From: a virus
Taxonomy: Duplodnaviria > Caudoviricetes
Length of the DNA stretch: 64,000 bases
Virus record (IMG/VR): IMGVR_UViG_3300035698_007626
Span: 708-64,707 of that record
Direction: 5' to 3' (one strand)
Every line of letters starts with the position of its first letter. Position 1 is the first letter of the stretch. Under the pieces are notes generated by a model. The model was not told the DNA's origin and ran no database searches. It saw only the letters and a program-made list of their open reading frames with translations. Below are positions 57,448 to 64,000 of this stretch, in pieces. The position numbers and the translations under genes were made by a program.

Positions 57448-59977
57448 GTTGTTGGTTCCACTGCTCTACTGTCATAAGGTCCTTCCAATTGCGCCCAATT
57501 TCAATGGCGCTTGGTACAACCATCGTCCGCCCGTGAATGGTCAGCGGATTTGTAAGGCATTCTAGCACGCGCGGAACGAGAGTGTCAAATGATTTTTCTT
57601 TAATCTGCCCTACGACACTGTCGTGCACCTGCCCAAATAAGGCAAGGGGTTCGCCGGCGCGCTCTAACTCATTCCAGATGCGATAAAGCCCCACGTTCAG
57701 CAAATCGCCGATGGTGCTCTGCGGGTCGTACGCAATAGCCTCGCGCTGGGTAGCTGCCGTCGATGCCCTTCCCAAGAACACGCGCCGTCGCCCGAGGGCC
57801 GTAGTCAAAGAGGACGTAGTCTCCAGCTGGTGGGCCACTCCGTCATGCCATGTTCGAATGCCGGGGAACGCTCCCTCCACAAAGACGACCTTGCCTTCGC
57901 TGTCGTTGGCCTCTATCAGGATATCAAATCCCGCATCGGGGTCCTGTTTGTGCCAGCGCTCAAGGTCGCGCCGTGACATGGCCGCGCCGTAGTACCGCGC
58001 CTGAAACAGCGCCGCATACCGTTTATGAATGCGCAGGTGCCGGGCGAGGCTGTCCACAGTCAGACCATAGTTCGCCCCGTGGCCGGCGCGCTTGCAAATA
58101 TCTCTATATGAAAAGTCCCGGTAATACTTCTCTTCGGCCATGGCGCGATCTCGTTGTAGGTCGCCGGTCCAATCGCGGTGGGGCCAGATCATCTTTACCA
58201 CAGTGGTGTGTAGGTCGCCCTCTTCGCACGCCTTGATGTAGCCCTCGTCCTCAGACAGATATGCCACGACGCGCGACTCGGCCTGCTCAAGGTCAGCATC
58301 GAACAGCACGTAGCCGGGGTCCGGCACAAAGATGCCGCGCAAGTCTTTGGTCACGTTCTGCAAATTGGTGCCGGTGTTGAAGGGGCTGCTGCTACTGGAC
58401 CAGCGTCCCGTATTATGAACAAGCAAACCTGCGGCGGAATATTGTGGCGGACTGCTACTGGGCATAGTACAATCGTAAACAGCACCACGCCAAGGCTTAA
58501 CAGCAACCACTTCGTTGTAGTTAAATTCTGCTGAGGTTTTTCTAAATCTATTTAGAAGTGTCGCAACTTTGTCAAGTTTACTCGACTGTACAAATCCACA
58601 TAACTTAAGAAACTTCGCCGTTTCTCTGCGAGGTAGAACTAACTTAAAGTTGTAACTTATAGACTCAATGCCTAAATATTTAAGCATCGTTTGTATCTGT
58701 GTACGCAGCTTGTCTGAAGCACTTCCAAAAATCAATCCGTTCTTTTTAGAGGTAACGTGACTGTCTAACGTCAAACCGCGCAAAAGAGCACGTAACGCTA
58801 TTGGAGTTCCCCGCAGCGCCCACTTTGGGATAGTCTTACTCAATGCGGTTGCCCATACAGGTTCCAACATATCGTACAAGGGGCGATGTGATACATGCGC
58901 GTAATCCTTGTAACAACGCGGTACAGCCTCAGGGAATAAATATTTCACTAACTCAACAAAGCGAGCTTGAACCTCGGGGTCGCGGTTGCTGATACGAATA
59001 CTGTATCCACCGTTGCTGGAATGTAAAGTACCGTCGGCAAGTAACATTCCAAGAAGTTCATAAAATTCTACTGGAGTGCTTTTTGAGTAAGGAGTGACAA
59101 CTGTTCCGAACAAAGTGTTTGGAATGCTATTAACTAAACTTTGACCAAGCACCAAATTTCGGGCTTCAACCCAACCAATCCTTTCAACTGCAAAGGGATG
59201 ATTTTTAGAACACCGAAGGGTGGTGCCATTAGCTAAAAGAATTTCCAAACCCTCTGTGTTCTTGTAACAAACTTTTTTAACAGGATTTACAAACTCATTA
59301 CCATTCCAAAGATGTGTTTTATAACTTGTGCTGTTATAAATATCCGCGAGAGGTCGAATGCCGGAAGCAGTTACAACTAACGTATCCCCCGACAGACACT
59401 CAGTGCCCGCCACGTTGTAGCTGCACCGCATGCGCCCATCACCGTCGAGCGTGGACTTGAGCACCGATAGTTTCTTAACGGTGTCTCGAATAGCCAACAC
59501 GAACAGCGCCAGCGGGCGCCCCCGTGGGTACTGCCGGGCTACGGCCTCAAGGGCCTCGCGGTCAGTGCTGACCTTCATCTTGCCCTTTGCGTTGCGCATC
59601 TGAGGGGGGATCGCGAGTTCCTCATAAAGGATGCGCTTAAGCTGCACCGGCGAGTTAACATTAATGTCCTTGCCCCATACGGCGTTGGCGATCTTGTTCG
59701 TTGCCGCCATCAGCAGTTTCTGGGAGGCCTCCAGTTCCACGGTGCGCGCGGCGATCACGTCCTTGTCCACGGCCCAACCGCGCAGGATCAGATTGATAGC
59801 GCACGCCGCCATGCCGCGCTCGAAGTCATAGGTGCGCCGGGCGTGCTTGTCCACCTGTGGCAGCAGGGCGCTGTAGATCTCGTGAGTCAGCGCGCAGTCT
59901 AGCCCGTTGTAGACCCACAGGCGCTGCTCATCGTCCAGCTTCAAGTCATCCAGCTGCGAGCTTTTTATAACCCTCAT
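57437..59977 (-). CDS. polA: Family A DNA polymerase (polymerase portion plus ExoIII motif) with intein
   Basis: YNGLD, NSPVQL, TGRWSS, NLQN, motif A DLEQAE.R, motif B R..CK...HG.NYG, motif C QVHDS. Confidence 0.9.
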   Translation of the reverse strand: MRVIKSSQLDDLKLDDEQRLWVYNGLDCALTHEIYSALLPQVDKHARRTYDFERGMAACAINLILRGWAVDKDVIAARTVELEASQKLLMAATNKIANAVWGKDINVNSPVQLKRILYEELAIPPQMRNAKGKMKVSTDREALEAVARQYPRGRPLALFVLAIRDTVKKLSVLKSTLDGDGRMRCSYNVAGTECLSGDTLVVTASGIRPLADIYNSTSYKTHLWNGNEFVNPVKKVCYKNTEGLEILLANGTTLRCSKNHPFAVERIGWVEARNLVLGQSLVNSIPNTLFGTVVTPYSKSTPVEFYELLGMLLADGTLHSSNGGYSIRISNRDPEVQARFVELVKYLFPEAVPRCYKDYAHVSHRPLYDMLEPVWATALSKTIPKWALRGTPIALRALLRGLTLDSHVTSKKNGLIFGSASDKLRTQIQTMLKYLGIESISYNFKLVLPRRETAKFLKLCGFVQSSKLDKVATLLNRFRKTSAEFNYNEVVAVKPWRGAVYDCTMPSSSPPQYSAAGLLVHNTGRWSSSSSPFNTGTNLQNVTKDLRGIFVPDPGYVLFDADLEQAESRVVAYLSEDEGYIKACEEGDLHTTVVKMIWPHRDWTGDLQRDRAMAEEKYYRDFSYRDICKRAGHGANYGLTVDSLARHLRIHKRYAALFQARYYGAAMSRRDLERWHKQDPDAGFDILIEANDSEGKVVFVEGAFPGIRTWHDGVAHQLETTSSLTTALGRRRVFLGRASTAATQREAIAYDPQSTIGDLLNVGLYRIWNELERAGEPLALFGQVHDSVVGQIKEKSFDTLVPRVLECLTNPLTIHGRTMVVPSAIEIGRNWKDLMTVEQWNQQHEE
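58412..59398 (-). mobile_element. Intein (329 aa) with LAGLIDADG homing endonuclease in PolA
   Basis: AGTE|CLSGDT ... CSKNHPF ... LLGMLLADG ... LLRGLTLDS ... VYDC ... LLVHN|TGRWSS; AT-rich. Confidence 0.92.
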
Positions 59978-60465
59978 TTGAAATCCAGTACTACGAGTTT
60001 ATCGCCCAGCATCTCGCGCGCCTTGGCCTCCAGCGCGCCGGTTGGGCCGTTGGGGTAGACGTAGTTGGGCACGAAGACGCGCGTAATGCCCACCTGATGT
60101 ACTAACGAAGCACAATGCTCACAAGGATGCAGAGGATAAACAAAAAGGCTGTGACCTCGTAGGTCGCGCTGCGCAAAAAGGATCACATTTTCTTCAGCAT
60201 GGATCACCCTCTTCCATTTGGTTTCGCGCACCATGTCTACTAGTGCGTCATCGTCGTAGCCCTGCGGCAAGCCGTTGAAGCCAACACTCACCACCCGGTT
60301 GTTGGGGGCTGCGATGACGGCGCCCACCCCGTGGCCGGGGTCCTTACTCCATGACGCCGCCAGCTTTGCCAACTCCATAAACCGCTGCTGCCATTTAGAC
60401 GGGGTCACGCACAAGCCCTCCGCCGGTCTCGTCTCGGGAAATGAATTGAACAGCATATGTCTCAT
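59974..60465 (-). CDS. dCMP deaminase
   Basis: SKDP...VGAVI, GFNG.P, HAEEN, PCEHC. Confidence 0.92.
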   Translation of the reverse strand: MRHMLFNSFPETRPAEGLCVTPSKWQQRFMELAKLAASWSKDPGHGVGAVIAAPNNRVVSVGFNGLPQGYDDDALVDMVRETKWKRVIHAEENVILFAQRDLRGHSLFVYPLHPCEHCASLVHQVGITRVFVPNYVYPNGPTGALEAKAREMLGDKLVVLDFK

Positions 60466-60467
60466 AG

Positions 60468-60986
60468 TTATACCAAGCTCTTTTCAATGGCGCGAATGAG
60501 AATGGCCGCGTATCCGATGACGCCGCGCAATTCATGGACGGCCTTTTTCTGATCCCCCCTCTGGATCATACCAAAGGCCTCGTTGGCCTTCTTGATAATC
60601 TGGCCCACGGGGTAGCCCGCGCCCGCCAGCCGCACCTCTGACGCCCACGACTGCTCGTCCCACGAGCCCGCGCCCGCCCCGTGGCGCTCGGTGCCTTTGC
60701 TGGCAATATTGTTTTCGAGAGCCTCGTTAAGGACGCGCCGCAACTCGCTGTAGTAATCCACCTCGGCATCTTGGAAAGCGCGTCCGGCGAGTGGGTCGAG
60801 GGCGCCGCCGCTTGGTCTTTCCCCGAGGTTGTTTTCGTAATGAGCAGGGTATCGGCTATTCAGTACTGCTTCGGCCATTGGTTTGTCTTCCCCTCGACAC
60901 ACGCATTTTGCGGGCCTCTTGTCAAGCAGTTTCTCCTGCTGTTGTTTGGATGTTTGGATCTCGTTGTAGGCCTTGGTGAGACTCAT
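60468..60986 (-). CDS. Conserved phage protein (KG.ERH family, all-alpha)
   Basis: L..VLNEA....SKGTERH...EQ...GYP.GQ.IKK..E...EL.G.I.YAA. Confidence 0.6.
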   Translation of the reverse strand: MSLTKAYNEIQTSKQQQEKLLDKRPAKCVCRGEDKPMAEAVLNSRYPAHYENNLGERPSGGALDPLAGRAFQDAEVDYYSELRRVLNEALENNIASKGTERHGAGAGSWDEQSWASEVRLAGAGYPVGQIIKKANEAFGMIQRGDQKKAVHELRGVIGYAAILIRAIEKSLV

Positions 60987-60987
60987 T

Positions 60988-61224
60988 CTATTCTCCATCA
61001 AGAGTTTTCTCCACAAACCATGCCGGCAAGCAGGCAAGCTCACATACTAAGTAAAAGTTTTCGCCCCGGTCTTGGAGCCAAGTGCGGGCACGCTCTCCCG
61101 TCTTGTTGTCTTTGACGGTGTCCTCAACCATTTGGTCAAGGAACGCCCGCCACATACGCACCATAGCTGGGTCGTAGGACGACACCAACACAGGTATTTT
61201 GGCAAAGGTATTTGGTCTTTTCAC
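60988..61224 (-). CDS. Hypothetical protein
   Basis: MWRAFLDQ..ED...A..WL....F..VCELA.L motif of small phage proteins. Confidence 0.55.
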   Translation of the reverse strand: MKRPNTFAKIPVLVSSYDPAMVRMWRAFLDQMVEDTVKDNKTGERARTWLQDRGENFYLVCELACLPAWFVEKTLDGE

Positions 61225-62381
61225 TCGTCCCGCTTATTGCTTTTGTGGAACTTGACCATAGTTTTCCAAGGGCGCTCGTTCGTGTAGAGCGAAGCCAGCA
61301 TGCCTAAGTCTTTACGCATCTCCGGCTGGAGGGCGTGATGCATGTGCATCGTATCCTCCACGTTGCCCCGCACATAGATCCCCATGATCCGGGCCAGCCA
61401 TGTAATATCATATGTGCAATTCTGCGCCAGCTTGGGAATGGTGGGGTCTTCTAGAATTTTCTTTACCCACCCCCAAGCCACCGCCTCACTTTCGGCACTC
61501 GACCAGTAGCTGCCGCTGTCCATGTTCTTATCACAGAACGGAATGACGAACGACACGTTGTCGTTGGGCGAGAAGCCAATACAAGTAATTTGCGAAACCA
61601 TGTCCGTCTCGATGTCGAATGACAGGGGTGTGGTGCTGCCTTGCATAGGCTCGACCATCTCGTTGTAGAACTTCTCGATGTCGGCAAGTTGGGGTTCTAT
61701 CCACACTTCGCGTTCGATGCGCTTAATGGTGCGCGTGTTGCTCTCGGCCTGCGCCTTGATAAGATCGGCAATGAATACAGGTCGCCCGCTCCAGCCTCGC
61801 ACGACTGCGTCCGGGTGGAGGGCGGGCACTACCTTCCATTGCTTCGAGGGGTGGAACCAATCATTGGTGTAGATGGTGTGGCCTCTGAATTTAGAGATGC
61901 CTTCTTCACCAGTGAGAGCCCAGAGCGCGACTCCGCCTAGAGCGATAATTACATGAGGATCAAAACGAGTAATTTCCTCACGCAGTCGATCCAGTGCATC
62001 CTCGCGCTCGGGCTCCACGTAGCCTAACTTGGACAGCGGCCACCGTGGTTTCCACCCCTCGAACTGTTTAACTTGTGTGCGCTTAACGAAGAAGCGCCCT
62101 AGGTCGTCGCCCGCTGGCTTGTATTCAAATACGTTTGTCAGCAGGCAATCTTCGCGCTTGATGTCGGCGCGGCGTAAACATTCATTTAACAACTCGCCGC
62201 CCGACCCGGCGAACGGGTGTCCATTCAAAACCTCGTCGGCGCCGGGTGCCTCACCAACTATGGCGATCTTGCCATCGTCCCTTGTGGGCCAGACGGCAGG
62301 CACCGGGCGCTTTACTGCATCTTCTCTACCCTTAGAAATAATTTGCCGCATAATATTTGTCGCCCATTTTAATTGCTTCAT
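61221..62381 (-). CDS. Uracil-DNA glycosylase (family 4-like) domain fused to the N-terminal part of a DEDDy 3'-5' exonuclease; N-terminal half of a split SPO1-type PolA
   Basis: IVGEAPG..E...G.PF.G.GG.LL, TNV, LHP; then ExoI SFDIET, ExoII QN..YD, DTM...H. Confidence 0.85.
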   Translation of the reverse strand: MKQLKWATNIMRQIISKGREDAVKRPVPAVWPTRDDGKIAIVGEAPGADEVLNGHPFAGSGGELLNECLRRADIKREDCLLTNVFEYKPAGDDLGRFFVKRTQVKQFEGWKPRWPLSKLGYVEPEREDALDRLREEITRFDPHVIIALGGVALWALTGEEGISKFRGHTIYTNDWFHPSKQWKVVPALHPDAVVRGWSGRPVFIADLIKAQAESNTRTIKRIEREVWIEPQLADIEKFYNEMVEPMQGSTTPLSFDIETDMVSQITCIGFSPNDNVSFVIPFCDKNMDSGSYWSSAESEAVAWGWVKKILEDPTIPKLAQNCTYDITWLARIMGIYVRGNVEDTMHMHHALQPEMRKDLGMLASLYTNERPWKTMVKFHKSNKRDE

Positions 62382-62784
62382 CTACCCAATCTTCGTAATC
62401 CATGTCGTTCCAATAATCAGGATGTGTACAATCAGAATTATAGATTAAAAAATCAAACCTTTGGTTACGAATAGCTAAGCAACCGCCTCCATCCCAGTGC
62501 CACATAACTTCCCAATCGTCTGGATTTTTGTAACAACTGATGCTAGCTACTTCTTTATAATTCTTAGCACCAAAACCCAGTAAAAGCGTGCGAGCATAAA
62601 GATCTAATGTATGGGGATCAACTTCTTCAAAACCATAATCAGGGTTCATATCAAATGAGGAGTAAGCACCGTAACCCCCGACAAAGAAAGCTTCACGTAA
62701 CAATTCTCCAGCCATATTGGGATGGACTTCTTTCAAATTTATTTCACTTGTTAAGATGGTATCTTTCAATTGCGTCGATAACAC
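62332..62784 (-). CDS. Hypothetical protein (AT-rich)
   Basis: Acidic/aromatic ORF in a low-GC patch. Confidence 0.5.
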   Translation of the reverse strand: MLSTQLKDTILTSEINLKEVHPNMAGELLREAFFVGGYGAYSSFDMNPDYGFEEVDPHTLDLYARTLLLGFGAKNYKEVASISCYKNPDDWEVMWHWDGGGCLAIRNQRFDFLIYNSDCTHPDYWNDMDYEDWVDEAIKMGDKYYAANYF

Positions 62785-62946
62785 TTTTAACTAGCTCCTG
62801 TAATTCTACTACAGCGGTCCACGCAAAAAACGCCGCCGCTCCCACCGCAAATGCAAACGCCATCGGCGCTGCTGGTAGCAGGAGTTCGGCAGAATGTAAA
62901 CATAAAATCAAAAATAGGTTTATCCCTAATGCACTGTAAGGCACGG

Positions 62947-62975
62947 ATTATACTCCATCAACTAACTCTTGTCAA
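62947..62975 (-). promoter_or_regulatory. sigma70 promoter for the replication operon
   Basis: TTGACA-N17-TATAAT. Confidence 0.85.
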
Positions 62976-63165
62976 GTTCTGCCATGGTCGCCCGCCACTT
63001 GCGGCAATATTTAAGCATCCCCCGGTCAATCTCTTCTTGAGGATACCCCATACGCAGGAACCATTCCTCGTCTGTCTCCCCCTCCTCCGGGTTGAACAGT
63101 CTAGGGAAACCGTATCGCCACCCCTCGGGGGGATCGATCACCCAGCCTTCAGGTTGCTTAGTCAT
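62962..63165 (-). CDS. Conserved small phage protein
   Basis: IDPP.GWRYGFP....EW....GYP motif; AAGGAG RBS. Confidence 0.65.
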   Translation of the reverse strand: MTKQPEGWVIDPPEGWRYGFPRLFNPEEGETDEEWFLRMGYPQEEIDRGMLKYCRKWRATMAELDKS

Positions 63166-63479
63166 TTGCTCTCCTTTAACCTGTCGGCTATGCTCTTATT
63201 TTCGCTTTGTAAGTTACAAAGTGCTTCAACTAATTCTTCTATTGTTGAAAGCAAAATATCTGGCCGAGTGGTTACGTTATGACAAAGTGCTTTTCTAATT
63301 AACCGATCAATCATGTTAATACATCTCCCGCGCTAGTTCGATCTGTTCAACGACCTCACCAAACGAGAAGCCTAGGCTACGTAAAGCTGCATGGAAAGCT
63401 TCCGTGTCTTTACATTCCGACATTGCGAACGCTTCCATTGCGCGCTCATGTTCTTCAATCCACATATCTTTCGACATAC

Positions 63480-63971
63480 TCATCGTTCCTCCTCCACCAC
63501 ATCAAAGCGAGCCCCGGTGAGGTTCGCGTAGGTGAGGTCTGCCCCGGTGAGGTCCGCCTCGGTGAAGTTGGCGTCGGTGAAGTTTGCGTCGGTGAGGTTC
63601 GCCCTCCAGAGATTTGCCCCGTTGAGGTCTGCCCCGGTAAGGTCCGCCCGGTAGAGGTGCGCCCCGGTGAGGTTGGCCCCGGTGAGGTTCGCCTCTCTGA
63701 GGTTAGCGTCGGTAAGGTCTGCCCCTCTAAGGTTCGCCTTTCTGAGGTCTGCCCCCCAGAGGTTCGCGTCGATAAGATTTGCGGCGGTAAGGTTCGCGTC
63801 GCTGAGGTCTGCCCCGGTGAGGTCTGCCAGGAAGAGGTTCGCCCCGTAGAGGTGCGCCCCCCTGAGGTCTGCCTCGGTAAGGTTTGCCTTTCTGAGGTCT
63901 GCCTCTCTGAGGTGATCACGGTCCAGCGTTAGCAGCACTTTACCGGTGTGTCGGTGCTTAATCTCGGTCAT
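63480..63971 (-). CDS. Pentapeptide repeat protein
   Basis: A(D/N)L(T/R)X repeats over most of the 163 aa. Confidence 0.9.
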   Translation of the reverse strand: MTEIKHRHTGKVLLTLDRDHLREADLRKANLTEADLRGAHLYGANLFLADLTGADLSDANLTAANLIDANLWGADLRKANLRGADLTDANLREANLTGANLTGAHLYRADLTGADLNGANLWRANLTDANFTDANFTEADLTGADLTYANLTGARFDVVEEER

Positions 63972-64000
63972 GTCCCTGTCCCGTCGTTTGTATCAAAGCG

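Noticed and set aside
59940-61260. Split intein joining the UDG/exonuclease ORF to PolA
   Set aside because: No Cys-initiated N-intein at the end of the upstream ORF and no HN|C/S/T C-intein at the start of PolA.

Overview
This window is most of a ~64 kb lytic podovirus-type (short-tailed) phage genome, probably from an alphaproteobacterial host (inferred from promoter style and gene families; the host cannot be proven here). It has two arms. The rightward arm (~20.9-50.7 kb) holds packaging, head, tail, DNA-ejection and lysis genes: terS, terL, portal, GroES, scaffold, major capsid protein, adaptors, tail fibre, a 2325-aa polyvalent ejection protein, pesticin-type lysozyme, holin and spanins. 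The leftward arm (50.7-64 kb plus 1-19 kb) holds replication and nucleotide genes (split UDG/exonuclease + PolA with an intein, dCMP deaminase, DUF3987-type helicase, class II RNR with a mini-intein, DenV-like glycosylase), a Sak4/Cas4-like/SSB recombination module, and an enlarged phiEco32/LUZ24-type peptide-ligase module (two GGCTs, amidoligase, class II GATase, ATP-grasp, kinase, three tandem unknown paralogs). No RNA polymerase, integrase, tRNA or CRISPR array was seen. The most unusual signals are: (i) three long ORF-poor intergenic regions on the leftward transcript (~710, ~330 and ~250 nt) packed with helices whose G-U pairs favour the minus strand, suggesting large structured RNAs, the biggest behind a consensus sigma32-type promoter; (ii) an E3-binding domain of the 2-oxoacid dehydrogenase E2 type, with Ala/Pro linkers, inside the ejected polyvalent protein; (iii) an iteron-like inverted repeat around an AT-rich core, a candidate replication origin. 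All calls come from motif recognition by eye, without database searches.
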